DNA from: Candidatus Latescibacterota bacterium | GTDB lineage: Bacteria; Latescibacterota; UBA2968; GCA-2709665 | Length of the DNA: 64,000 nucleotides | Assembly (NCBI GenBank): GCA_965219995.1 | Contig: CBDCOX010000002.1 | Location: 2,592,001 to 2,656,000, forward strand | Direction of reading: 5' to 3' | Shown: one piece after another, positions 1 to 10,600 of the stretch | How positions within the stretch are numbered: the first letter of the stretch is position 1 | Layout: the number at the start of each line of letters is the position of its first letter | Notes under the pieces: model-generated | The model's database searches: none | Seen by the model: only the letters and a program-made list of their open reading frames with translations | What the model was told of the DNA's origin: nothing | Made by a program: the position numbers and the translations under genes

Positions 1-1042
1 CCACCACGCGTATGCGAACCTTGAAGCGCCCGATATACGAATGCTCGCACGAAGCGACCCCCACGCTTTCTTCTCGCACTTCCCGCCGCCCGTAATCATC
101 GACGAGATTCAGCGTGTGCCCGAATTGCTCTCAACGATCCAGGTTCTGGCCGACAGCAGCCGCAAGCGGGGGCAATACATCCTCACAGGCAGTCACCAGC
201 TGGGCCTTCAGGAAGCGGTTGTCCAATCCCTGGCCGGACGCACGGCTCTCTTGCGTCTGCTGCCACTGTCGATCTCGGAGCTCGGCGCAAACGGCATCAC
301 ACACACGCGCGATGAATATATATATCAGGGTTTTATGCCACGACTCTACAGCGAAAAAGTCAATCCCACCCGCCTGTACAGAAGTTACTGTCAGACCTAT
401 ATCGAGCGCGACATCAGACAGATGATCAACCTCAGGCGCCTGGCAGACTTCGAGAACTTTACGCGCCTGCTGGCCGGACGCGTCGGTCAGGTTTTGAATC
501 TGAATTCTCTGTCTAACGACGTGGGTGTCTCAAGTACCACGCTAAAGGAATGGCTCTCCGTGCTCGAAGCGTCTTACACCGTGTTCAGATTAAATCCTTA
601 CTTCGAGAACTTCGGAAAACGCATCATCAAATCGCCTAAAATCTATTTTACCGAAGTCGGGCTTGCGTCCTATTTGCTCGGCATTGAATCGCCAGCGCTT
701 GTTGCCCGTGACCCACTGATCGGTAATCTCTTTGAAAACCTGGTCGTGATCGAAGCGTTGAAGGCCAGGCTGAACGCGGGAAAAGAACCGGAACTCTATT
801 TCTACCGTGACAACAAAGGCAATGAAGTGGACCTGCTGTTCAGGAAGAACAGGCGTTTGGTCCCAATTGAGATCAAATCGGCCATGACGTTTCATCCGGA
901 ATTCGCAAAAGGAATCGCGCGGTTTCGAAAAATCGCGTCAGACACGGTGGAAGGCTATGTCGTATACGCGGGGAATCTGACACCCGAACTGCCCCATGCG
1001 CGCGTATTGCACTTTACGGATGTAAAGAAAATCTTCCGATAG
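1..1042 (+). CDS. AAA+ ATPase with DUF4143 C-terminal domain (5'-truncated by the window edge)
   Basis: Walker B IIDEIQ, LTGS motif, SPKIYFTEVGL, C-terminal EVDLL...PIEIKS (PD-(D/E)xK-like). The frame stays open from base 2 (HHAYANLEAPDIRM), so the true start lies upstream of the window. Confidence 0.9.
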   Translation, partial: HHAYANLEAPDIRMLARSDPHAFFSHFPPPVIIDEIQRVPELLSTIQVLADSSRKRGQYILTGSHQLGLQEAVVQSLAGRTALLRLLPLSISELGANGITHTRDEYIYQGFMPRLYSEKVNPTRLYRSYCQTYIERDIRQMINLRRLADFENFTRLLAGRVGQVLNLNSLSNDVGVSSTTLKEWLSVLEASYTVFRLNPYFENFGKRIIKSPKIYFTEVGLASYLLGIESPALVARDPLIGNLFENLVVIEALKARLNAGKEPELYFYRDNKGNEVDLLFRKNRRLVPIEIKSAMTFHPEFAKGIARFRKIASDTVEGYVVYAGNLTPELPHARVLHFTDVKKIFR

Positions 1043-1141
1043 TCGAAGCCGCCTGGACCGGAGCAAGCTCCCGGACATATCTCACCCTGACAACCGTACT
1101 GGCGCGAGCGCTCTCAATTAGCCGACGTCATCCGGCCCCCG

Positions 1142-2185
1142 TCAAAGGTCGCCCAGCGGCAGCCTTATCGCCTCACCGGTCTGCGACGATCGGTATGCGG
1201 CCAGGGCGATCTCGACCGCCGCCCTGCCGTCTTCTCCGGTAACCGGAGGAACGGTGTCGTTGACGATGCAGTCGATAAAGTCCCGCACCTCGTCTGCAAA
1301 CGCTTTTTGCCGCGGGTCCTCCACCGCCGCGTGGTCGTACACGGTTTCCCAAGCCGACGCGCCGTCGCGGGCGACTCTGACTTTATTGTACGGGTCGACC
1401 TCCATCAGGCCTTTGTCCCCGATGAGTTCAGCGGCGCAACTGAAGCCCCTCCAACCCGGCGGCGGAAGCGCTTCGGAGTAGATGAGATGGGCGCTGCCGC
1501 CGTTCCGGAAGCCGATCATGACCATGTTGGACGTCACGTCTCCCGGCACCTCGGTGCGCAGCGAATAGGACCGGGCGAAGACATAGTCGGCCTCGCTTTC
1601 GAACCACCAGCGCAACCGGTCGATATTGTGTACGCCCCACCCGATAAGGCCGCCCGGACCGTAGAGATCCAGGTCCGTGAACCATGCCCGGTTGGGATCG
1701 GGCTTGCGGTAGCCCGGCGTGGCGAGTGTGTCCCGGCACATCAGAAGCCGGCCGATGGCGCCTTCGTCCAGCAGGCGTTTGGATATCGCGTCCCCTTCCC
1801 AGTACCGGTGGCTCTGTGCAACCATGAGCTTCCGATTCATGCGCCCCGCCGTTTGAATGATGGCGTCGCACTTCTCCAGCGTAATTTCCAACGGTTTTTC
1901 CACGAGGACGTGTTTGCCCGCTTCAAGCGCGGCGGTGGCGTGTTCGGCATGCATGGCATGGGGCGTGGTTACGATCACGGCGTGGATATCGTCTCTGGAA
2001 ACCAGAGATTCCGGGCTTTCCTCGTAGTCCAGGCCGTATTCGCCGGCGAGGGCGGGACCGACTCCAGGCAGGCGGGCCGGGTCGTTCACGGCGACGGCTA
2101 TTCCCTGCGCCACGTCTCTCAGGGCGTCTATATGCGTACGCCCCATTTTACCTGCGCCGACAATGCCCACGCGTACACTTTCCAT
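1142..2185 (-). CDS. Gfo/Idh/MocA family NAD(P)-dependent oxidoreductase
   Basis: VGIVGAGKMG Rossmann motif, AGKHVLVEKP, GVHNID. Confidence 0.92.
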   Translation of the reverse strand: MESVRVGIVGAGKMGRTHIDALRDVAQGIAVAVNDPARLPGVGPALAGEYGLDYEESPESLVSRDDIHAVIVTTPHAMHAEHATAALEAGKHVLVEKPLEITLEKCDAIIQTAGRMNRKLMVAQSHRYWEGDAISKRLLDEGAIGRLLMCRDTLATPGYRKPDPNRAWFTDLDLYGPGGLIGWGVHNIDRLRWWFESEADYVFARSYSLRTEVPGDVTSNMVMIGFRNGGSAHLIYSEALPPPGWRGFSCAAELIGDKGLMEVDPYNKVRVARDGASAWETVYDHAAVEDPRQKAFADEVRDFIDCIVNDTVPPVTGEDGRAAVEIALAAYRSSQTGEAIRLPLGDL

Positions 2186-2493
2186 AGGGTCCTCTCAACT
2201 TTGATCCGTCATTATTCGGGGACGTTAATTCGAAGTTGTGCAAGTGAATAAAGGCGATTTAACTGCTGATTTCAATGAACCTTCAGGTCACTGGACGTGA
2301 ACGGAAAAAAATGTCCTTGCGGACCACCTCTTCGGTCCGGTGAGGAAAGAACTGCAGGGTCACCGCGTTATGACACACGTCGCTTTTCACGGATGCTTAT
2401 TGTGCCTTTTGTGCTTTTTGTGGCCAATTTTTCGATGTTCTTTTTTCGCATTGAGGTTGATCGATGGGCAAGAACAAAAGCGGCGGTTCCGGT

Positions 2494-3390
2494 TTACATC
2501 AGACGTTTGCGTTTGGCCAGGTAGTTGAACAGCACGGTATCGAAGGGTCTGGCGGTATCAAGCAGCACGTAGTCGATGAGGCTTTCCCGGCATTCGAGAC
2601 CGAATTGCCGGGTGAGGGCGTCCATGCGGTCCCTGTAATCGGATGCGATATGCCAGGGCTCGGTGGTCACGGAAGCGCCGGATTCGAGGTCGACGAATCG
2701 GGTTTCGCGACCGAAATGGAGGTCCCGTTCCCTCGGGTCCAGCAGGTGGAAGACGATGACTTCGTGCTTGCGGTGACGGAAGTGTTTCAGGCCGGAAAGC
2801 AGTGAACGCGGGTCGTCCATCAGATCGGAAAGAACGATGATGAGGCCGCGGCGGACAATGCGTTCGGCAAGACTGTGGAAGGTCGCGGCCAGGTCCGTGT
2901 CTTCGCCCTTCGGATCGGTATTCTGAAGCGTTTCCAGCAGGGCCGGCAGATGGGTCCCCGCGGACCTTGGCGGCAGGTAGGACCGGATCCCGCGATCGAA
3001 GGACACCAGACCGACCGCGTCGCGCTGGCGCAGCATCAGGTACGACAGCGCCGCAGCGGTATAGGTGGCGTACTGGAATTTCGTCACGGCGCTCGATCCA
3101 TAGGCCATTGACGCGCTGGCGTCCAGCAGGATGTAGGCCTTGAGGTTGGTTTCCTCTTCGAATTGTTTCACGTAAAGTCTGTCGGTCTTGCCGAAGACCT
3201 TCCAGTCGACGTTACGCAGCGGGTCACCCGGTATATACTGACGATATTCGGAGAACTCAACCGAGAATCCGTGATACGGACTCTGATGCAGGCCCGTGAG
3301 GAAGCCCTCGACCACGAGGCGGGCGACCAGATCGAGGCCCGACAGGCGGGCGACAACTTCGGGCTGGAGATAGGTGCGGAAATCGGGCAT
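2494..3390 (-). CDS. DUF58 domain-containing protein (MoxR-associated, vWA-like)
   Basis: GLHQSPYHGFSVEFSEYRQYIPGD...VDWK, LLDASASM, VLSDL. Confidence 0.93.
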   Translation of the reverse strand: MPDFRTYLQPEVVARLSGLDLVARLVVEGFLTGLHQSPYHGFSVEFSEYRQYIPGDPLRNVDWKVFGKTDRLYVKQFEEETNLKAYILLDASASMAYGSSAVTKFQYATYTAAALSYLMLRQRDAVGLVSFDRGIRSYLPPRSAGTHLPALLETLQNTDPKGEDTDLAATFHSLAERIVRRGLIIVLSDLMDDPRSLLSGLKHFRHRKHEVIVFHLLDPRERDLHFGRETRFVDLESGASVTTEPWHIASDYRDRMDALTRQFGLECRESLIDYVLLDTARPFDTVLFNYLAKRKRLM

Positions 3391-3411
3391 GGACGCGGTG
3401 AGCCTGCCGTG

Positions 3412-4407
3412 TCAGTTGGTTTCATCCAGAAGACGCTGCACGAGTTCAAGTGCCGTGACCCCCTCGGCCTCGGCGTTGAAACTGGTGACGATGCGATGGC
3501 GCAGAACCGGAACGGCGACGAAATTGACGTCGTCGATCGCAGCCGCGTACCGTCCTTCCAGGACGGCACGGGCTTTGGCGCCCAGAATGAGGAACTGAGA
3601 AGCCCGCGGCCCCGCGCCCCAGTTGACCATGCGGGTGACATAGTCCGGCGCGCCGTCCGCGCCCGGCCGGGTCCTGCGGGCCAGGCCCACGGCGTAGTCA
3701 ATGACATAATCGGCGACCGGAACCTTTCGGATGAGATGCTGGAGTTCGACGATTTCACGCGCGTCGAATACCGGTTCGATTTCCGCCGCGTAGGCGCTGG
3801 TGGTCGTGCGAACGATCTGTCTTTCCTCTTCTTCGGCGGGATAGTCGATCCAGAGGTTGAAAATGAACCGGTCGAGCTGCGCTTCCGGAAGCGGATAGGT
3901 GCCTTCCTGCTCGATCGGATTCTGCGTGGCCAGCACAAAAAACGGCTCTTCCAGCCGAAACGTGTCGCCGCCGGCCGTCACCTCGTGCTCCTGCATAGCC
4001 TGGAGCAGTGCCGCCTGGGTCTTCGGCGGCGTGCGGTTGACCTCGTCCGCCAGAATGATGTTCGCAAAGAGGGGGCCCTTCACGAAGCGGAAGGCCTTGT
4101 GGCCGGTTCGCTGGTCTTCTTCCAGGACTTCCGTGCCGGTAATATCCGACGGCATCAGATCCGGCGTGAATTGAATTCGGCTGAAGCGGAGGTCGAGCGC
4201 ATTGGCAAGCGTGCTGATGAGGAGCGTCTTTGCGAGGCCGGGAACCCCCACGAGCAGGCAATGACCGCCGCACAGGAGCGCAATGAGCAATTGGTCCACG
4301 ATCTCCGTCTGCCCCACGATGATCTTGCCGATTTCGTCCCTGATACGGGCGTGAGCGGTCTTCAGTCTTTCGACGGCTTCGAGGTCGTTGGCGGGCTGTT
4401 CTGGCAT
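3412..4407 (-). CDS. moxR: MoxR family AAA+ ATPase
   Basis: GVPGLAKT Walker A, RIQFTPDLMPSDITG, LADEVNRTPPKTQAALL, ATQNPIEQEGTYPLPEAQLDRF. Confidence 0.95.
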   Translation of the reverse strand: MPEQPANDLEAVERLKTAHARIRDEIGKIIVGQTEIVDQLLIALLCGGHCLLVGVPGLAKTLLISTLANALDLRFSRIQFTPDLMPSDITGTEVLEEDQRTGHKAFRFVKGPLFANIILADEVNRTPPKTQAALLQAMQEHEVTAGGDTFRLEEPFFVLATQNPIEQEGTYPLPEAQLDRFIFNLWIDYPAEEEERQIVRTTTSAYAAEIEPVFDAREIVELQHLIRKVPVADYVIDYAVGLARRTRPGADGAPDYVTRMVNWGAGPRASQFLILGAKARAVLEGRYAAAIDDVNFVAVPVLRHRIVTSFNAEAEGVTALELVQRLLDETN

Positions 4408-4475
4408 GATTGGGCATTCCTTCGCGGTGCGAATCCAACCCTGGTCGCGGACGCACCCGGAGGCCGGGGTCGCGT

Positions 4476-5834
4476 TCAGGTTTTCCGTTTCTGTTTTTTT
4501 GCCGCCGGGAACAGGATGTTGTTCAATATAAGGCGATACCCTGGCGAGTTCCGGCGTAGCGCGAGCTGGGTGGGAGGGTCTCCCACGTAGTGGCGATAGT
4601 CTTCCGGGTCGTGTCCGGCGTAAAAGGTAAACGTGCCGCGGCCTACATTTCCGTGGATGTATTTCACCTGATCCGTACCGCTGACCTCGCCCATAATGGT
4701 AACGGACTTCTTGATCCGATTCCTGCGAAATGCCGTGGTCTGACCCAGAAATCCGCGGACGACAGGCACGTGGTTCTGCGTGAGCATGGCGGGCACGGGA
4801 TCGAATTTGGCCGAGAATTCAAACAGGGTGAACGCGTCGGCGTCGGGACCCATAGGCCGCGCGACCGTGGTGGGCGAGACGTCGATGTCCGCGTGTTCAT
4901 ATTCCATCGGGTCCGCGACCAGGGAAAAGTCCTCGAAGGCGACCGTCCTCGAAAAGTCCAGTCTGGACTGCGCCTGAGGGTGGGGCGGGTCGCCGTCGTA
5001 GACGGTATCCACGATGTCGACACCGGTTGCGGCCAGGGCAATATCAAAGGTATCCGTTGCGGAACACATTGCAAACATGAATCCCCCGTTGGAGATGTAT
5101 GCCAGAATGGCGCGGGCAACCGCGCCTTTTTCCTCGGAGACCTTTTTAAATCCCAGGCGCGTGGCGAGGCTTTCGAACTGGGCCTGCTGGCGCCGGTACC
5201 AGAGTTCATGACCATGGCTTCGGTAGAACTTTCCGTACTGACCTGTGAAATCCTCGTGATGCAGATGCAGCCAGTCGTACTCGGCAAGCTTCCCCGCCAG
5301 CACTTCTTCGTCCCAGAGAACGTCGTACGGGATTTCGGCGTATGACAGGGCCAACGTGACGGCGTCGTCCCAGGGCTGTTTGTTGGGCGGCGTATATACC
5401 GCGATTCTCGGCGCCTTCTCCAGGCGCACGGCATTCATGTTTCCCTGCTCGATCTCCGCGTAAATGCGTACGGCATCGGCTCCCGAGATGCGCTCGTAAT
5501 CGACCTCCCGCAGACGCGCTTCGCCGGCCGCCGATTCGACGTAGTCCATCAGGAATGCGCCGCCCCGGTAGTTGAGCAGCCACTCCACCAAGAAGTCCTG
5601 CTCAAGCGCCCAGTAGGCCAGACCGTAGGCCTTGAGGTGATTCGTCTGCCCGAGGTCCATGGGAACGAGCAGCTTGTTCGCTGCCGCACTCGAAGGGGCG
5701 CCCAACAGACACACACTCAGGACGAAAGCCCGGACAATAATGCCGGTGCTGGCGCCAGAAAGGTTCGGTAAGCCCGGTTCTCCGGGCCAAACCGCGCCAT
5801 TCGTCTTTCGGTTCGTCCGTCCGTGAGGTTTCAC
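4476..5834 (-). CDS. Conserved exported protein of the FCB-group family often (mis)labelled 'asparagine synthetase B'; class I glutamine amidotransferase-like fold; start uncertain
   Basis: QTNHLKAYG...WLLNYRGG, QPWDDAVTLAL, YDWLHLHHEDFTGQYGKFY, GHDPEDYRHYVGDPPT, SPGYRLILNNILFPAAKK; signal-peptide-like stretch after about residue 33. Confidence 0.75.
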   Translation of the reverse strand: MKPHGRTNRKTNGAVWPGEPGLPNLSGASTGIIVRAFVLSVCLLGAPSSAAANKLLVPMDLGQTNHLKAYGLAYWALEQDFLVEWLLNYRGGAFLMDYVESAAGEARLREVDYERISGADAVRIYAEIEQGNMNAVRLEKAPRIAVYTPPNKQPWDDAVTLALSYAEIPYDVLWDEEVLAGKLAEYDWLHLHHEDFTGQYGKFYRSHGHELWYRRQQAQFESLATRLGFKKVSEEKGAVARAILAYISNGGFMFAMCSATDTFDIALAATGVDIVDTVYDGDPPHPQAQSRLDFSRTVAFEDFSLVADPMEYEHADIDVSPTTVARPMGPDADAFTLFEFSAKFDPVPAMLTQNHVPVVRGFLGQTTAFRRNRIKKSVTIMGEVSGTDQVKYIHGNVGRGTFTFYAGHDPEDYRHYVGDPPTQLALRRNSPGYRLILNNILFPAAKKQKRKT

Positions 5835-7661
5835 CTATCCGGGCTCCTCGCGGTTGGTTTCCAGGGTCTTGATTTTATCTCGAAGCGCTCGAACCCGTTC
5901 CCGCGCCTCCCCGGCCTCCAGGCTGTGCGGATATGCCGCCAGCACGGACTCGTAGGCCTGTAAAGCGTCCTGGTATTGTCCGAGTTTTCGGTCGTAGATC
6001 CTTCCCGCGGTCAACATCGCCTGGGGACACAGCGGACTCCAGGGGACGCTTGCCAGCAGGCGCCGGGACATCCGAATGGCCTCGCCGTACCTTCCGAGTC
6101 TTTCCAGGAGTGTAATCTGAGTTGCGAGGGCACGGTCCAGAAGGCCCGATTTCGGATGGCTTTCCACAAATCTGCGGAACGCGATCAAAGCCGCTTCGGG
6201 CATCTGCCGGCGAACGAGCCTGGACGCCGCGGCGTAGGTTCGAAGCACCCCGGCATCCTCGCGGTCGGCATGCTCGAGCAGAACCGAAAGCGCCAGCGCG
6301 TCGTTGTACGCGAATCGACTCGACGCCCCCGACAGCAGCGTGTCGATCATGGCCCGGGCGGCAACGATGTCGCCCGAGAGATAACGGCATTCGGCAATGC
6401 TGAAACGAGCCTGGACGGCGTCTTCCGTCCCCTGCTGTTCCCTGGCAACGCGAGCATACACCAATTCGGCCTCGTCAAGCCGGTCCGCAATGACCATGAT
6501 ATCCGCAATTTCGAAGAGGGCTCGATAGCGCCAGGAAGTGCGCCTTTTCGAGCCGGCGACCGCGCGGAATGCATCCAGCGCAGCCGTGGCATCCCCGTAG
6601 TCGCGGCGCAGGAGGCGCCCCAGCCGATACCCGGCCTCCTGGGCATAGCGGGTCCCGGGATATCCGCCAATCAGGCCCCTGTACAGGGCCGCAGCCGTGT
6701 CGACCCTCGCCAATCCCTCGTTGGCCCGACCCAGGCCGAGGAGTACGCCGGGCGGGCCCGCAGCGGTCTCGGAGCCCGCCAGGAGCATCCGATAGCCGGC
6801 GGCCGCCGTCTCGAACCGGCCGGCATAGAAAGCGTGGTTGGCGAGACGCAAGAGAAACGTCTCCTGTACCGGATGAAGACGTGAAGACGCCGCGATAACC
6901 CGCAGCGCCGACGCCTCGCGACCTGCCGCAATGGCGTACTCCGTAAACAGCCTCAGAGAGATGTCGTCCCGCGGATGCGCCCGAATCTCCCGGCCCAGGG
7001 CGGCAAGAATCCGGTCGTGCCGGTCGCCCTCGCGCGCGTAACGCCTGAATCGTGCTTCGATCGACCCGACGGCATGCGGCTGCTGACGAACAAAAACCAG
7101 GTACTCAGCGACAGCATCGGGATAGCGCGCGTGCCGCTCTGCGATTTCAGCCATCTCCCTTGCGAAAAGCAGCGGGTTGTCCAGAGTCTTGCGTCCCTGC
7201 CGGCACACGGACAGCGCCCGCGACGGAAGGTTGTGTTTCAGGAAACGCCGGGCAACCAGCGCAAAGGTGCCCTCGTCGGAAGCATTGGCGACGATACGTT
7301 CCCAGTGGGCAATGGCTCCCTTCAGATCGCCCGTTTCGGACTGGATGTCCGCCAGCCTGAGACGGACCGACCGGTCTTGCGGTCTCTCCTTTAGATGGGA
7401 CTCAAGAAGGCGTCCGGCTTCGACGCGGCGCCCGGTACGGACGAGAATCGATTCAATACGCAGGAGAACGTCTGCTCGGTAAGGAACCCGCTTCAGAACC
7501 TTCCGGTAAAGGCGCAGTGCGCCCCTCAGGTCGCCTGAGGCTTCCATTGCATTGGCCTGTCTCAGGGTTTCTCCGGGCGTGGCGGCGGGGAGATCCACCG
7601 GCGCGATCAGGAGAAGCGCAGCGAGAACGGAAACGGTATGGGGTAGAGACCGCATGTTCAC
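5835..7661 (-). CDS. Exported tetratricopeptide-repeat protein
   Basis: Signal peptide followed by many TPR-like helix pairs (A..YR.LI..YP.T; A..YE.VL..YP.S); overlaps the upstream gene by 4 nt. Confidence 0.85.
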   Translation of the reverse strand: MNMRSLPHTVSVLAALLLIAPVDLPAATPGETLRQANAMEASGDLRGALRLYRKVLKRVPYRADVLLRIESILVRTGRRVEAGRLLESHLKERPQDRSVRLRLADIQSETGDLKGAIAHWERIVANASDEGTFALVARRFLKHNLPSRALSVCRQGRKTLDNPLLFAREMAEIAERHARYPDAVAEYLVFVRQQPHAVGSIEARFRRYAREGDRHDRILAALGREIRAHPRDDISLRLFTEYAIAAGREASALRVIAASSRLHPVQETFLLRLANHAFYAGRFETAAAGYRMLLAGSETAAGPPGVLLGLGRANEGLARVDTAAALYRGLIGGYPGTRYAQEAGYRLGRLLRRDYGDATAALDAFRAVAGSKRRTSWRYRALFEIADIMVIADRLDEAELVYARVAREQQGTEDAVQARFSIAECRYLSGDIVAARAMIDTLLSGASSRFAYNDALALSVLLEHADREDAGVLRTYAAASRLVRRQMPEAALIAFRRFVESHPKSGLLDRALATQITLLERLGRYGEAIRMSRRLLASVPWSPLCPQAMLTAGRIYDRKLGQYQDALQAYESVLAAYPHSLEAGEARERVRALRDKIKTLETNREEPG

Positions 7662-10600
7662 CGGGCATCTTCGCGCGTCAGCGCGTCCTGCATCAATGAC
7701 TCGAAGTAGCTCCGGATGAGCCGCTGGTATTCGATCGCGAACCCTGCATCGAGCGCCTCCCGGAGACGTTTACGGAGCGGGTTGTCGGCTTCGCCCAGAT
7801 TCGGGGGCAACGAGCCCGGACCCCGGTACGCCAGGTCTGAACCCCTCCGTGCGCGCCGTTCCGTGCTTCGGCCGCGTTGGCGGATCGATCGCTGGGCATC
7901 CAGCAGGCGCGAGAGAATCCTGCGCTGGCGCTCCAGCGTTCCACTGCCCGCGCGCCGGTCCTGCATCTCCTGAACGACGGCTTCCATCTCGGATGCGATA
8001 TTGTCCAGATCGCCGAGCAGCGCCTGCCGCCGGCCGCCCATCCGCCGGCGGACTTCCTGTAGCGCCTGCAGGATGGCTCTCTGTCTGGCCGCCATCCGGG
8101 AGAGGCTCATCTGGCCGCCTCGCCCCTCGGACGAGGGGCGCCGCGAATCGAGCAGGGACTCGCTCTGGGCGTTCAGGTCCGACTGTTGGCCGGCCAATTC
8201 CTGCATGCGCTGGAGCATTTCTTCCAGGCCCACCGAAGAACCGGCAGCGGAGATGTCCTCGATAACCTTTCGGAGCGCGAGCGCGGCGTCATTCAGGGCG
8301 CCCATGGCGTCCTTGCCGGCATCGGCGGCCCGGGAACCGGCGCCGGCCTGGATATGACCGGCAGCCTCCCTGATCCCGATGAGCGCCCGACCCAACGAGG
8401 CGCCGGTTTCGGGCGTGACGAAATAGGTCCTGTGAGCGGCTTCCATCAAGTGGTTGGCCAGACGCGTCGCACCGGCCAGTATACGTGCCTGCTCAGTTGC
8501 CAGCACTGCCGGATCGCTGTCCCGGGAGAGTCCTTCCGCCTTGCGCAGGGTCTCTTCCTGAGCGGTGGACAGGCCCAGCAGGTTGTGGATCAACTGACCG
8601 AGTTGACGGGTCAGCGCTTCCTTCCGGCGGTTGACAAAAGCCTGCCTGACCGCGTCTAATTCCTTCGCGAACCGGTCGAGATCTCCGGCGATACGTGCGC
8701 CCCGGGTTCGAGCCGACCGTGCCGATTCCCCGCGCAGGTCGCGGCTGACGAGACGCATTCGTTCGGTTATGCGCTGTGCTTCGAACCGATCCGTCAGGCG
8801 TCCCAGTTGTTCCGCGGCCGCGGGGTGCTCCGCTAACTTCCCGGCGGATTGCGCGAGTTCGTCTTCAAAGGAGTCTGTCCGTTTTCGGATCGCGTCCTGA
8901 CGGCCTGCCAGGGACGAAGGAACGCGTTCATCGCCGATGTTTTCGACCACGCGACGCTGCTCTTCCGAAAGCGCTTCCAGTGCCCGGGCCAGGGCCTCGA
9001 GGGTCTGTTCCGTGCGAAGTTGCCGCAGCAGGTCGATCGTCCGTTCCAGAGACTGCTGGAACCCTTCCTGTTCGCCGCGAAACGCCTTCAGGGCTTCCTC
9101 CACGGCTGCGGGATCGACGCGCTGCATTGCGTCCCGGAGTTCCTCCATAGCTTCTTTCAATCCGGGCGTCTCGATTTCGGTGAGCAGTTCCTGTATCTGG
9201 TGCAGCTTCTGCAGAGTTTCGTCCCCCAGAAGTCCGCTCTGTTCCAGCCTGTCCAGTGTTTCCTCGAGTTTCTCGCTTACATTCTCAAGACGTTCCGCGG
9301 CGTTGGCCTGGTCGTCGACCGCGGTTTCCAGTTCCTTGCCGTGCTGCCATTGCATCTTTCGTTCTTTCAACAGTCGATGTGCGAACGCTTCAAGGCGTTC
9401 CCGTACCGCCTCCCCCTCCTCCCGGATGGCGGTCATCTGTTCCAGACCCTCTTGTTGGGCCTGTTGCGCTTGCCGATGGATCTCCAGCAGAGAAGGAAAA
9501 CGGATGGTGAATCCCGGTGTTTCCGTTATGCCTGGTCCGGAAACCGTGTTGCCGTCGTACGCGCGCAGCCTGAAAACGACCCGATCCCCCGGCAACAGGT
9601 CCAGGCCTGAAAGATCCCACACATAGGTCCGGGTGAGTTCACCGACATCCGGTTCATCGAGGGGAAAGGGGAGGATCTCAGCTGCCTCGTCATCGTTCAG
9701 GCGGTATCGAATTTCGATTTTTGCAACGCCGAAGTCATCACGGGCTTCCGCGAACAGGGGGACCTGCATGTCTTCCCCCAGTTCGGTGTCTTTTCCCGGC
9801 CGGAGCAAGCGGATTTCAGGAGGATGGTCCTGCAGCGCCACGATGCGGTATTCAACAGGATCGGTGCTGGCGATATCGTGCGTATCCCGCAGCGCGACTG
9901 TATATCGCCGGTTCCGGCTGACCATCAGATCGAAGAGAGCGGATCGTCCGTCTGTTCGCGCCCTTGAAGTGACGCTGTCGTCAAAGACGATTTCCGCGGC
10001 GCTCAGCGGCAGGCTGGATTCCACGTGAAGGGTGGTCGAGGTTCCGGCGACGGCCACAATGTCGCCGCCATCCACGTCGCGGACTTCCTCCAGGCGGGTA
10101 TAGGCCGGATAGCGGTTGTCGTGGCGGAGCCGCAACACCATCGGCCGCGGTTTCGCCGTAACCGTGTAGACCGGCGTTTCCGCGTCGTTTGCTTGAAGTC
10201 GGTACTGAAGCGATCGGGTAACGGCGGGAATTCTGTGTTCGATCCGCCCGTTGCGCACCAAAAGCTCGAGGAACGTCCAGGCGTCATCTTCCCGCAGATA
10301 GATCCCGGCCCGGAGGGGCACGAGACCGGTGAGCGTCGCCGTAATTGCAAACGGCTCGCCGGCGATGATTTCAGCGCTTCCGGGATGGACTGCGATAAAC
10401 GTCTCGGGCGGGCGGGCGTAGGCGGTGTGCGGACGAGCCAGCCGGCCGGCGGCAGCGGTCAGCGGCCCGGGAAGTATCGCGAATGCGACGAGAATGGCGA
10501 TGCCGAACGCACCGCAGAGACCGGCCATCCGAAGGGGTTGGTTGCGGGCGACCAGCGGATCCAGGTTCAGCCTCGCGAGGGCTTCGTCCGCCTGAATCAC

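Noticed and set aside
3163-4590. Long antisense ORFs (this one, 19271-20872, 46971-48431 and others)
   Set aside because: Shadow frames opposite well-supported genes in GC-rich DNA, with no motifs.
4476-5834. Asparagine synthetase activity
   Set aside because: No N-terminal Cys Ntn domain or SGGLDS motif; the family label is a propagated misannotation.
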